A stretch of DNA of 64,000 nt, from NCBI RefSeq assembly GCF_001194135.2, contig NC_068986.1, positions 7,291,040-7,355,039 of the forward strand, given 5' to 3'. This document shows, piece by piece, positions 11,366 to 23,543 of this stretch. The notes under the pieces are model-generated. The model did not search any database and was not told where the DNA came from. It was given only the letters and a program-made list of their open reading frames with translations. Numbering within the stretch: the stretch's first letter is position 1; every line of letters starts with the position of its first letter. Source of the DNA: Octopus bimaculoides (Eukaryota). The position numbers and the translations under genes are program-made.

Positions 11366-12401
11366 CCTAATATAATGAAATATATGGAATGTCGAAGCTG
11401 ATCTGGAGTAAGTCGTCGACCGACGGTGAGAAGTCCTAAAAAGACGTTCACTTGAATTTGTAACCCGAACGTCACAAACACATTCTGTAGATGGACCACT
11501 CTCAGGAGCGGAAACTGTCGTATCTGTTATATTGAGGTTTTTGAGCGACCAAAGAGGAACTTCATCTGTCATTGGTTCCTTGATGCCTTTGATTTAGAGT
11601 AACATAATTTCAAGAAACAATGTTATTCTTTTTATCTGTAGTAAATATCGCAGATGAGAACCTCAACAATACTTTAACATCTGTCATTGGTGATTAAAGT
11701 CAGTATTCCTATCTTGTATATTATTTATTGGAAAATAAAGTTATCATTTCTGAAATTATTAATAAATCATGTTTTCAAATCTAACCGCAGATTGTTCAAT
11801 TATGCAGATTTTACTATCTAAGGCCAAATAAATTGTTTATTTGTGGAAACAAGCCAGCTTCTATATTGCTTCACCCTCTAGAGAAGTATTAAGTAGTATT
11901 ATATTATGAAAAGAAATTTCTATTAACTTGCTTTTGCTATCTTATTTTCATACGATTCTGGTTTGACTGATAAAAATAGTTTCTTTGTTAATTTATGTAG
12001 GCTTTTAAAAAAGTCATCGAATGTTATTTTTGCTTCACTGATTTCGTTGCTTTTCTTTTCAGTCTTTATTAAATGAACTGAACTGTCTTGGAGAAACTAA
12101 TAAATATATTAATTCTAATGACAATTTTGTTAAATGTGCTTGTTATTAAGTGAATTTTTCTGTAGCTAATTATCTATCTATCTATTTATCCATCTATCTA
12201 TCTAACAAAAGTTGACAGACTTAACCTTTCATATAATAAATATATTTAATCACTTTACCCAACGAACTGTGTTCTACATCAAATAATCACGTATGACTAT
12301 GCTGAGTTAAAATCTGAGAGTCATATCAAAGTTTTGTAGCTAAAATTCTGTCGATATAATTGGCGTCGTGGGGGCCGCGTCAGTGAACGATAGATCAGTC
12401 A

Positions 12402-12830
12402 GAGAACAGCTTCTATCCAGAGGATTCCGTCAGATGGTTCTCAAGGCGAACACATTCAATGGCTTTCCCAATAAAAGAATATTGTGAAGTTCTTAAGAGC
12501 GAGGGATGATTGGTAACAAAAGAAAAAAAAATTGTTATTACTTCCTCTAATTTTGAGATATTGGTTAAGGTGATAGTTGATAACTAAAAAATTTAGAGAT
12601 GCTGACCTTCTGGGATATGGGAATGACCGATTTCTACAAATTTGAAGAAAACCTTTGCATAGAGAGAAAGATGGAAGAATTAGATGAGGGTAGGAACTAA
12701 TTTGGAAGGGTAATATTTGAAGGTAATGGAAAGGACAAAGTGAAGATCGGTGAGTTTGTTGGTTTGGAGGCGCGATAGAAAGTTTGCACACTTGGTGACT
12801 GTGCACGTAATGTTGAGACGGATATCATAG
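12402..12830 (-). mobile_element. degenerate PLE 3' end with hammerhead remnant
   Basis: minus-strand YDIRLNITC.. and IGHSHIPEG remnants of a GIY-YIG C-terminus; GAGAAC..CTGACGGA-ATCC(TCT)GGAT-AGAAGCT-GTTCTC at 12442-12402. Confidence 0.45.
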
Positions 12831-15050
12831 AATCCTCTCATGATACAAGACAAGAAAAAACAAATACATCGATACTGATTACAGATAGTGAACTATAATG
12901 AGATAAAGTGATTGACAAGGGTTAGCTAAAGCTTTCACATAACTTAGGACGTAAAAAGGGCAAAATTATACTAAAGGGATCTTTTGTTGTTACTTGGGTC
13001 TGTGAACTTTTGTAATTTTGGGAGAAAGCCAATAAAAATATCTCAAGTCTCTTTTCGATTATTTGGCAGAAGAATTCTAAATAAATATCAAGAGCAGAAT
13101 ACTTTGATAATACCTTATCTCTTGTTCAAGAATATATTTTCATTTATATTACCAACAATATTTTCCTTATTCTAATAGTATTCTTCAATTCTCATTCATT
13201 TACTTGAGAAATGCTATAATATCAGCGATAGATATATCCTTAAATCATAAATCATAGCATGAGTATTGTGTCAGAAATGGGCACACTGATTAAAAGATAA
13301 GCTATTAATCAAACACCTCAGTGAAATTTACTATTTAGTAAAGAGCAAATTTCAATGGTGGCGCTAGGATACAATTGTCACTAATATCATAGCGGTTGTC
13401 ACCGATAACTAAGGAGCTGTTAATCACGATTGGAAGAATTACTATTAAAAGAAGGAAGATATCCATGATTTTAAATAAAATGGCTGCATATAATTTTGCT
13501 ATATTATCGTTCATTGAATAGTGTGAGATCGATAATCACTCAAAAATATTTAGTGAAATCTATCAGCGATATTTCACAGAACAGTTCATATTTGATTGCT
13601 AGATACTTCTTTATAAAATACCTTTATTTTGTAAATCACAGCACATTTCTCTACTCGTATATGATAAAGCTGTTTTCATGTTTCAAAACCAGAGAAAACG
13701 TTTTTCAGACTCCATTTAATTCTTCCAGAGGCGTAGAGTAAAATTCCATTCTCAACATTAACAGACCTGTCTTCATGTCAGTTACCCAGTTTCTGTTACA
13801 ATCAGATTATTACCAGAAAGCGTGGGAATATCATTAAGCATTATAAGAATTATCCTTAAAATACTTAATCCTTTATACATCCATTGATTAGCTTCCATTT
13901 AATATACTTAAAAATACTCAAACGTTAACAAGTTCTTGGAGTAAATGAATCTTGAAAATATTTGACTGATTCTTTTCCTTCAAAATGTCTGTCTGAAAGT
14001 GGAAGTTAATTTTAAATTTCGGGTAGGAATTTAAATAACAAGAGATGTTTCACTTGTTGATGGTATTTATAACAGTTATGATGATGATACTGGTGATGAC
14101 TATGATGATGGTTATGATGACGATGGAACTGTGCGCTGGTAGTATTCTGTGAGCCAATAACAAAAACTCAGACAAAAGAAAAAAATACGGAATCAGTAAA
14201 AGAGAAATTGCTTTACATTTGAAATTTGAAAGTTTTAATAACTACAGTATATACATTATAGAAAATATATTAGATTGTCTATGGCATCATGGTGTGTAGC
14301 TTATTTTTGAACTCTTTGATCGGAAAAGGAAATGGTTTTCAATATATGATTAACTTAATGTTGACCTCAATAATTTTCTTTAAATCGAGTTTTCAAGACT
14401 AGATAGACACCTCTTTGCTTATACCACATTTAAACGATTATGGGCATGTTAATAGATTCACACACACACACAGAGAATACAGCTAGTTTTAAAGCTTTTA
14501 CTGCACCTTAGCACCTATATTATTATCATAATTATAATATTATGTTCTTTTAATAAATATCTTTGCAACTCTGTTATCATCAGCGAAGTTTAATTACTGC
14601 ATATCCCACACAATTAGGGTATGTAGTGTTCCAGTCAATGTGGGGTATTCTGATGTTTAACAAATTTCCTCTTTAAGAAATTTGAACAACACCAGGAACT
14701 AAATGTTAATCATGTTTATTTAGTAAAAGAGTAAACATGATTAAAAACTTATTAAACAAAGAGCTTTCGTCATCATGAACACAGTTTCAAAATAGTTCTT
14801 ATCCATCATCTAATAGATGGGTTCGTTTCATTTGTTTTTCAATACTTCTGATGAACCAACGTTGCAACTAGACTTTACCGCTTTAACTATTTTGCATATA
14901 CCTGTTTTCAAATGTTACTGCTTATGCTCCACCAGAAACTCCAGAGAATTCTAAACCGTTTCATTATATATTACTGAGAGGAAGGTTGAGGTCGTAGCTG
15001 CTCATGTTGTTGTTATTGTGTAGTTACTATAGCTACTACTACCAACAGGA

Positions 15051-15081
15051 GCAGCAGCAGCAGCAGCAGTAGCAGCAGCAA
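15051..15081. repeat. (CAG)n-like trinucleotide repeat
   Basis: direct reading; no long ORF includes it. Confidence 0.9.
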
Positions 15082-15174
15082 TGAACTTGTAGTAGGCGGT
15101 TCCGGGATAAAATTATAACAACATAGCAAATAGATGCTATTTCGACCCGTTTCATTTTTCGCCCTGTAGGGTGT

Positions 15175-15184
15175 CCATATAAGG
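15175..15184. promoter_or_regulatory. perfect CArG box (SRF-type site) CCATATAAGG
   Basis: matches CC(A/T)6GG in context GTGTCCATATAAGG; motif match only. Confidence 0.3.
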
Positions 15185-15290
15185 AAAGGTCGCATCCTTC
15201 TCACCCAACATGCGCAGTGTTCGGTTGTATGATATTACGTGGCTACCAGTAACAGCTCTTTGTACTGACATTCTCCTTTGCAATGCCTAC

Positions 15291-15367
15291 CTTTATATCA
15301 AAGAATGTAAAGACAGCCACGAGTGGTAGAAGGGTGTGGTGGATACACACCGCAAAGAATGACGGGA
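15291..15367 (-). other. candidate 77-nt exon
   Basis: CTTTTCTCTCATTTTCTACTTCAG| ... ATAAAG|GTAGGC; one open frame PSFFAVCIHHTLLPLVAVFTFFDIK. Confidence 0.3.
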
Positions 15368-15540
15368 CTGAAGTAGAAAATGAGAGAAAAGTTCTTTGAT
15401 AAATAAATCATCATGGTTTATACTAAACGATGTACTTTTATTATATGTTTGGCTTTAGCTTTGTATAAGTTGACTCCAGGACTCAACCAGACACCTCAAG
15501 AGACAAGGTGGAAGTTCAAGTTGGTGTTATGAGGAGGGTA

Positions 15541-15590
<50 letters not shown>

Positions 15591-16025
15591 GGCGGCGAGC
15601 AGGCAGAATCGTTAGCACACCGGGCGAAATGTTTAGCCATATTTCGTCTGCCGTTACGTTCTGAGTTCAAATTCCGCTGAGGTCGACTTTGCCTTTCATA
15701 CTTTCGGAGTCGATAAAATTAGTACCAGTTACGCACTAGGGCCGATGTAATCGACTTAATCCCTTCCCCCAAATTTGAGGCTTTTTGTTTCCAGTAGAAA
15801 CGATTATTATTAAGGCGGCGAGCTGGCAGAAACATTAGCACGTCGGGCGGAATGCTTAGCGGAAGTTCGTCTGCCGTTGCGTTCTGAGTTCAAATTCCGC
15901 CGATGTCGACTTTGCCTTTCATCCTTTCGGGGTTGATAAATTAAGTACCACTGAAAGACTGGAATAAATGTAATCAACACATCCCCTCTCCCAAATTTCA
16001 GGCCTTGTGCCTATAGTAGAATTTA
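15591..16025 (+). mobile_element. two tandem SINE-A copies (~15591-15806, ~15814-16025) in an (ATT)n tract
   Basis: A-box-like GGCAGAATCGTTAG, B-box GAGTTCAAATTCC and family core in both copies. Confidence 0.9.
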
Positions 16026-16029
16026 TTGG

Positions 16030-16530
16030 GAGAGGAGCAGCGCGTGCCAACAAAGCGACACTCGGGTACTGATATACGAAGCACAATATACACATCATTA
16101 CTACCCATCTATTAAGGGTATACCAGGTATATGCATCACAGCCATATGTGAGCGACATGGTGATCTCATATCAAGATAAACAGCGCATGACTTTGCAGGC
16201 GGGGCCCGGTATGAATTTTCTTCAGGTCGAACACCCTATCTCGCTTAAAAGGTGCCTTGATGAACGAAACACCCATCCAGAGGCGAATTACTCAAACCCC
16301 AAAGAATTCCTCTCAGCACATGGCTATGATGCTCTCCCGTTACTTCTGCCTGTAACCAAAGATGCACATATTATCAGCCACTGAAGGTCAAACAGCTAAC
16401 AAACATATCTGTGGTATTGAGCAGAATATTTGTTGTAGCCTGTCTTTTATACCAAGATAAAACATGTACATAACACTTCCAATTAGTTAAGATCAAAAGC
16501 CATGAGAGCCACTGCCTGGCACTGTAATAT
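16030..16530. repeat. unclassified interspersed repeat (octopus-type)
   Basis: GC-richer non-coding block recognised from memory as a common repeat; single copy in this window. Confidence 0.35.
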
Positions 16531-16547
16531 TATTGTTATTATCATTA

Positions 16548-16670
16548 GGGCAGCGAGCACGTCGCGCAAAATGCTTAGCGGTATTACATTCTGAGTTCAA
16601 TTCAGCTGAGGTCGACTTCATTTTTCATCCTTCCATGGTCGATATATTAAGTACCAGCAAAGCACTGTGT
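16548..16670 (+). mobile_element. degenerate SINE-A
   Basis: CTGAGTTCAATTC..GAGGTCGACTT..CATCCTT..TAAGTACCAG. Confidence 0.8.
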
Positions 16671-16792
16671 GTATGTACAAGTAACAATTGATGGACAGGT
16701 GTCAATTCATTACAGCCGTTTCTAACGAATATTTTAATTGATCAATCAGTACATTATATCATAATAAAAACTGTTTTCTTCTGATGAATATA

Positions 16793-16963
16793 TGAATTTT
16801 ACAATCAGGGACACTTAAAATGATTTAAAATCCACGGAACATACATATTTAATGATTCTATGACTGGCCCTTGAATCTGCGGCAAGGGCCAGTCGTAGAA
16901 TCACTAAATATGTATGTGCTGTGGACTTAAAATTATTTTAAATGTCCTTGATTATAAAATTCA
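16793..16963. repeat. ~170-bp near-perfect palindrome (hairpin MITE-like)
   Basis: arms 16793-16873 and 16883-16963 are reverse complements with about 10 mismatches; 9-nt loop AATCTGCGG. Confidence 0.9.
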
Positions 16964-16967
16964 GACA

Positions 16968-17112
16968 TTAGACTGCGGCCATGCTGGGGCACTGCCTTGA
17001 ACTTTTAGTCGAATGAATCGACCCTAGTACTTATTTTTAAAGCCTGGTACTTATTCTATCGGGCTCTTTTGCCGAACCGCTAGGTTACTGGGACGTAAAT
17101 ACGCCCACACCG
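16968..17112 (-). mobile_element. 3' half of SINE family 'SINE-B'
   Basis: reverse complement matches 46330-46495 (CGGTTCGGCAAAAGAG..CGATAGAATAAGTAC, GCCCCAGCATGGCC). Confidence 0.85.
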
Positions 17113-17119
17113 GTTATAT

Positions 17120-17460
17120 ATATAGATGCTACGTTTGCACACGAGGACAACATGGAAGTTGTTTAGGTCAAGAAAGACGAGCGTTTTGAGATGTTACTGA
17201 AAGATTGTACAGATGCAAAAAATGGAATTAAATGATTTAATTACAGACAATTCTGATGCAGAGTTCTGCAAAAAATATTTGATCTTCCTTGAAATTTTAT
17301 GGCAAAACATGTACAAAAAAGTTTTGCTCGTCTGGAACGATTTTATAGCGATACATTTTAAGAGGTAAGTAGAGTTTATATTACAGAAAGAAGTGCCGTG
17401 CAACAAGACATTGATTTTCTGGTGAACCATATTAAATTTTCTGTCAAGTTATTAAATGTT
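17120..17460 (+). mobile_element. possible hAT transposase C-terminal relic
   Basis: QMQKMELNDL..AEF and FARLERFYS loosely resemble hAT dimerisation-region motifs; frameshifted. Confidence 0.3.
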
Positions 17461-18589
17461 TACTTCTAATGCATTTGAAGAAGACAATACTACACACAAC
17501 TTCTACCATTATACACATACACACACGAGTGTGTAGATATATGTATATGCAGATATTTATATATGTTCGGAATATAACTTTAAGCTGCATCCCGTACTGG
17601 GGCCCTGGTTCAAGACTTCAAGGGTTTTGCGAAGTGTAGAACACCCTCATACTCCTATTCTCATGTCTACTCCTTGCTGAAGTTAGTATCACCTATCAGG
17701 ATCCCAGCTATGGCTTAATTAGCATGCCTTGTAGTTGCCTCAAGAAGAAAGGCACGGTCATTCCAACGGATCTAGGGCAGATGAGGCCCTTCAGCTCTCT
17801 ATCTTCTCATCTAAGACAAGATAACTCCATGCACATCCTGTTTCATGATTACTACTGTGTTTATGGCACTTGTTGCGCCAGACCAATATAAGGACGAAAC
17901 AATGAGAAAGGCAAACCATTATAATATTAATCGTGCAGATTGTTTAGCAAACCAAAACATCAGCACGGATTTTTCTTTATAAACTCAGTGAGAATAGGGA
18001 AAGAAGCGACACGGACAGGAAGAGAATATTACTGGAAGTTGTCAGCCTTGATTTCATACACAGGCGGCCATAAGATAATGGTAATTTTCCACAGGCATGT
18101 AAGAACACTGTGCAACTGTGTCTTGTACCCCTATCTGTCGAAGCGAGAAATGAGTCCATGCATATATAAATGTATTATAGACCTGGTAAAACAATCAGAA
18201 TAAACCGGAATCTCTCGGCCTTTGAGTCATGTAATTTGTAATGCATTTATCGGAATGTATTTGCATCTGGAATCGAGTATAAGGGGAATCGAGTATGTGT
18301 GCGCATGCGCGATAGGATACGTAAACGTATAGTGGTGTTGGTTAATGGGGGTGGTAGGCTTGAGGTGAAAGAGTGTCCATGTATGTGTAAGAAGAGTACT
18401 GCTGAAACGAAACTAAGACACACACAAAATCACTACGCGCTAATCTAATAAACTAATTTTTAAAAAATCGTTTTCCAGATGTTGTCATCTTTAACGCATA
18501 TTGTCTTTACATTGTATCTTGAAGACTTACACAGACTGACCTCGCAACCTCAACTTTGAACTCTTCATTCGATTACCGCCTGGATTACT

Positions 18590-18935
18590 TTGGCTATCAG
18601 TCTATCTATATGTCAGTCAGTCTGTCTGTCTAATCTATCTAACTGTAGGTCAGCCTGCCTGCCTGTTTGTCTGCCAGTCAATCAGTCAGCCTGCCTGCCC
18701 GTCCGTCCGTCCGTCTATCAGTGTTTTTTGTCTATCTGTTTTCTGTTTATCTATCTATCAGTCAGTCTGTCGGCATATCAGTCTGTTTATCTATCTATCT
18801 ATCTACCTACCTACCTACCTGTGTCAGTCTGTCAATCTTTCTATCTATCTATCCATTCATCCATCCATATATCTATCTGTATATCTGTATCTATATCTCC
18901 ATCCATTCATCTATCCATCCATCTACTCACTCTCC
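18590..18935. repeat. compound tetranucleotide microsatellite (TCTA/GTCA/CTGC/TCCA)
   Basis: direct reading; explains ORFs 18590-18958 and 18667-18951. Confidence 0.95.
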
Positions 18936-19263
18936 CACACAGCTTTATTAGACGTTGAGAAAAATTTATCTACAGGAAGAACTGATCTCTGAATGAAATA
19001 TATCTGGTATGCTTCTGGATTCGTTACACTTGAAATACCTCAACAAAAATCCAGTTAAATGTCTTTTTTTTTGTTTTCAATTTTGTTCAACGTTTATTTT
19101 CTAAAAGAAATTATGAGAAAATCTTTCTTGCAATCTCTTCATTTGATTCTATATTCATTAGTCGTTGTTCCATTATGGAAATTAAAGTAGATATTATTGA
19201 TTGACTCGCGATTGAGAGAGAAAAGGCTTGCCTGACAACAATTGCCAATATTGAAACTATATT

Positions 19264-19365
<102 letters not shown>

Positions 19366-19639
19366 TAGGAATGAAGAATCAATATTATTTATTAGGTCAT
19401 AACTATCCAATGTAAAGTATTAAATATATATTACAAAAGATTCCATTTCCTTTTTTGTTTCTTCTTAATCTAAAATATACCAGTTAAGGATTCTTTATCA
19501 CCTGTGAAATCAGTCAATAAATCCAAACCTATAAAAATACAGAAAGTAATTTCTAAAAACAACGAACTACGAACTTTACGTAAGTAGAGACGATTTGTTG
19601 TACCCGATCAGACATGGTATGGATTGAATGGTCTTGCTA

Positions 19640-19825
19640 CACAAACACACAGAGGTGTAGGGATGCTTTACAGCATCACATTGTACTCACATGGTTTCGG
19701 GTTCAGTCCCGCTGCGCGATGTAGTGGGTATCTTGTACTGTAACTCCAGGCTGAATTGACTGTGAGTGAATTTGGTAGACGGAAACTATGCGGAAGCTCA
19801 TCATATTATTGCTGTGTTTATACTT
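19640..19825 (+). mobile_element. degenerate 5' half of SINE-B
   Basis: GGGTTCAGTCCC B-box and GTGAGTGAATTTGGTAGACGGAAACT shared with 46107-46260. Confidence 0.7.
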
Positions 19826-19889
19826 GGACGGTAACGACTATGTTGACATGGTAAATAGAACAACGCAAGCGCGAGATTTAGCTTTCAAG

Positions 19890-20440
19890 TTCGGTTTAAC
19901 GTGTTCAAATCTATTTACACAAAGCGACAACGTTATATGAGATTCCTGTTGCTAGCATCCCTCACATCAGTGGCTATTATCTTTGGTAGCCAGAATACAC
20001 TGGGAACATCTTGTAGCAAAGGCCAGTTTCACTACTGCAATGGACTCCTAATAAAACATAGTTCAATAAGGTATTCATCGATAGCAACATTGTCAGTTGA
20101 GCGAATATATCTTGATAATAACATTTGTGAAATCCTATTTAAACCTTTGCAACACTGTTATGCTAACTGAGCTGCGTGATTTCTTCGTTGTATTGCTTGA
20201 AAAAATGTTCGTCTTGAGCTTTCCATGTAGGCCCGCCAACTGGAATGCGTTTTTGAGCGATCTTGAACAGACCATCGAAATTGATATATTAGGCATGTCT
20301 TCTTCGTCAACTCTGCAAAATGGCGAGTATACAAGTTACTGTTTCTTCTTGAGATTCTAGATACAAACAGTTGATTCCAGAATCCCGAGGTTACGCACAG
20401 CTTCTGCTCTACTTTTAGTTTTGATCGCTTCAAAAGTGCT
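19890..20440 (-). mobile_element. pogo/Tigger-like transposase remnant
   Basis: EAIKTKSRAEAVRNLGILESTV (CENP-B-type HTH) and ETGLCYKMFP..ITLSLCVN (DDE_1 region), many stops. Confidence 0.6.
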
Positions 20441-20454
20441 TGAGTCTTCTGTTT

Positions 20455-20689
20455 CACGCACACACACACACACACACACATATATGTATATTTCCACACA
20501 CACACATATATATATATGTATATTTCCACACACACACATATATATATATGTATATTTCCACACACACACATATATATATATGTATATTTCCACACACACA
20601 CACATATATATATATGTATATTTCCACACACACACATATATATATATGTATATTTCCACACACACACATATATATATATGTATATTTCC
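20455..20689. repeat. minisatellite of ~28-30-bp units (CA)n(TA)nTGTATATTTC running into a gap
   Basis: at least seven units read directly. Confidence 0.95.
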
Positions 20690-21054
20690 NNNNNNNNNNN
20701 NNNNNNNNNNNNNNNNNNNNNNNNNNNNNNNNNNNNNNNNNNNNNNNNNNNNNNNNNNNNNNNNNNNNNNNNNNNNNNNNNNNNNNNNNNNNNNNNNNNN
20801 NNNNNNNNNNNNNNNNNNNNNNNNNNNNNNNNNNNNNNNNNNNNNNNNNNNNNNNNNNNNNNNNNNNNNNNNNNNNNNNNNNNNNNNNNNNNNNNNNNNN
20901 NNNNNNNNNNNNNNNNNNNNNNNNNNNNNNNNNNNNNNNNNNNNNNNNNNNNNNNNNNNNNNNNNNNNNNNNNNNNNNNNNNNNNNNNNNNNNNNNNNNN
21001 NNNNNNNNNNNNNNNNNNNNNNNNNNNNNNNNNNNNNNNNNNNNNNNNNNNNNN
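20690..21054. other. assembly gap
   Basis: N run; other gaps at 24815-25303, 27617-27665, 32782-32791 and 33976-34033. Confidence 1.
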
Positions 21055-21131
<77 letters not shown>

Positions 21132-21508
21132 ATCGAAGAAACTTTTCGTGCTTTAATATGAAATCCTTCGGAATGTGGTGAAATGTCCTCATCAAGTTGA
21201 CTTAACACCTTAATTAGCTTTACTCCATTTACGTCATAAATAGAATGGTGAAGTCTAAGAATTTAATAGCTTTTCATTTTAAAATAATTTGAATAATTTA
21301 GTTAAAACTCTATACCGAAGAGGCTGAATAGTTTTGAACGTATCAAGTTCCGTATTTCGGTCTTGTATGTTGAATTTTTATCAGAGTCAAGATTCCTTTC
21401 CTTCTCACGAAGTTTGAGGTGTGAACCAACAGTAAAATACACGACTATGTTGTTATGTACTCCAAGTTTAATTTCCTTATTAATTATTGTTCGATATTTT
21501 ACATTTAC

Positions 21509-21545
21509 CTCCTACCGTATTCAGGAAAAGAATGATTACACGAAA
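21509..21545 (-). other. candidate 37-nt exon
   Basis: branch-like TTCTAAT, TCTTCTTTTCTCAG|TTTCGTG...GGTAGGAG|GTAAAT; open as FRVIILFLNTVG or SCNHSFPEYGR. Confidence 0.3.
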
Positions 21546-22439
21546 CTGAGAAAAGAAGACATTAGAAGGTGGTGTGGCAAATAAAATGCTTCTCCGTATT
21601 TTGCTGCATCTCTAAGTTCAAATCACACCATGATCCCTTTTCCACCTTTTTGCGGTCATTAAAATAAGTCTATTATTTAGCTGAGTCTAAATCATTTCAT
21701 TTATGGGACCAGTTTTTGCATTAAGCGATAGTTGCAGTCCTTCTTTGGTAATGTCATATTTTCATGAAAGAACTAAGACTTTGAAAATTGTATTCTTCAT
21801 AATATCGATAAAAATAATTGCTACACAGCAGGATTTTGCATTACATAGATTTCAACCCTTTTCTAGAGAATAGGCTATAGAATGATTGGTGTATGAATTT
21901 AGTTCTGAATATGGAATAGAATTTTCTTTGAGAAAACTTTATATCTAGACAATTTTCTAGATAATGATACAGAATACATACATCTTTTACAATTTTCTGC
22001 CGAGGAAGTGATAAGAATAATATCTTCTCGTCACAACCATATTATCTGATATATGTCTGCTTATTATCTGATTTGTTATAAAATGAAGAGGTTTGCGGTT
22101 GTGGAAACTTTAAAAGATATGTAATATGTCTGGCTATATAACTAACGTTTTCCGTCGGTTTTCAATATAAATGTTTCAGTAGTTTTCTTCATGGAAACGC
22201 AGCAATTCACGTCAACTCTTGTTGAACAGTTTGGTATTTTGCGACTATCACGTAATCATTCCATCTTAATATATCCATATAATTCTCTCAAAGATAAATA
22301 CATGTATTTTCTTTGCAGGCAAGGAAATTGATTAGATGCAAATCTTAGTAAAAGCTATTGAATTAAACATATCGTTGTAGAATTATTTTAGGATTCGGAA
22401 ATAAATTTGGAAAAATAGAAGTAAAAAAAAAATGTTTAT

Positions 22440-22665
22440 CGCGGTGTAAAATAGGTTTCTTCACTTCAGCTGTCTTAGGGAGATTCGGCGTGAAACGGAA
22501 TGTGAAAAGGCTAACCCTCTGAAATATAGGTACAACTCATTTTTGCCAGATGAGTGGACTGGAGCAACATGAAATAAAGTGTCTTGCTCAAAGACACAAC
22601 ATATCGCTGGGAATCGAACTCAGGACCCTACTATCGTGAGCTGAATACCCTAACCATGCGCCCTC
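22440..22665 (-). mobile_element. tRNA-derived SINE ('SINE-C'), 5' part
   Basis: reverse complement has GAGTTCGATTCCC B-box followed by GTGTCTTTGAGCAAGACAC core. Confidence 0.75.
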
Positions 22666-22769
22666 CTTGACTCTTCTATTACTGAATCGTCTGTTACTCT
22701 TCCCTGACTATTACTCACTATTAAATGACCTTTACTTCTCGAAAATAGCTAATTTCATAACTTCTTTAG

Positions 22770-23105
22770 CATTTAAAGGCATTTAAAGACGAGAATCTCG
22801 GCCTAAGGAAGACCTCACAAACTGATGAGGTAGAAACCTTTGAGGTGTGCAAGGTAAACATGGACAAGAAGAATATTCCAGAAGACTGATAGTGTTGCAA
22901 GATCAAAATTAAAATGGTTGGGCACGGCTGGAGTCCATTCAGCTGACAAAAGTGCCTTGTCACATCCCTTGTCACGCTGAATATCCCTGAGAACTACGTT
23001 AAGGGTAAGCGGCGTGTCTGTGGAGTACTCGGCCACTTCCACGCTAATTTTACGGTCAAGCTCTTCCGTTGATCGGATCAACTGGAACCCTTGTCGTCGT
23101 AACAG
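22770..23105 (+). mobile_element. RTE-like 3' remnant followed by SINE-C 3' part (22955-23105)
   Basis: GRPHK-like C-terminal motif; CACGCTGAATATCCCT overlaps the end of the minus-strand SINE-C copy. Confidence 0.45.
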
Positions 23106-23486
23106 ATCCGGGCCACTGAACAGTCAGTGCATCTGTGAACTTAAAGGATATAGGATGTTTGTATTTTTATTCGTTAATCACAATTAAAATTCAGGTTTTA
23201 AAATCGCGTTATGCATTCATTATTAACGTGAAAACAAGACGGCCTTAATCTTTCTTCAGTTGTTAAAACCAGACAAGGGCTGAACCATTTTTAAGCTCCA
23301 GAGTTAGTAACTAAATATACTGTCTGGAGTCTCACATGCTATGAAAAGATACAAACTTCCTAAATACATTCTTAAGGAAGACATTTAATTTTCAGCATAA
23401 GAATTATGTTATTTACGAATAGAAATGGAAATTAGACTAGGTTTTAGTTCCACCTGATTTTACATTTTGCAGTGTCAAGAGTTTAT

Positions 23487-23543
<57 letters not shown>

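Noticed and set aside
14070-14140. Acidic peptide YDDDTGDDYDDGYDDD
   Set aside because: It is a degenerate (GAT)n microsatellite with no splice context.
15591-16025. CRISPR-like repeat array from recurring GTCGACTTTGCCTTTCATCC
   Set aside because: These are dispersed or tandem SINE copies in a eukaryotic genome, with no repeat-spacer structure and no cas genes.
17167-17364. Apparent exonised hAT segment between TTTAG and GTAAGT
   Set aside because: On recount the frame from the acceptor hits TGA at about 17233; there is no continuous frame.
17590-17830. HDV-like ribozyme in a GC-richer block (contains GCTAA)
   Set aside because: I could not build consistent P2 and P3 pairings.
18590-18958. 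122-aa and 94-aa low-complexity ORFs
   Set aside because: They are translations of tetranucleotide microsatellites.
20158-21208. Long ORFs spanning 20.1-21.2 kb and 24.7-25.4 kb
   Set aside because: Open only because of N gaps and microsatellite translations (HTHT, YIYI, RERE, SLSL).
22815-22850. CTGATGAGGTAGAAAC as a hammerhead
   Set aside because: No helix II and no NUH triplet.
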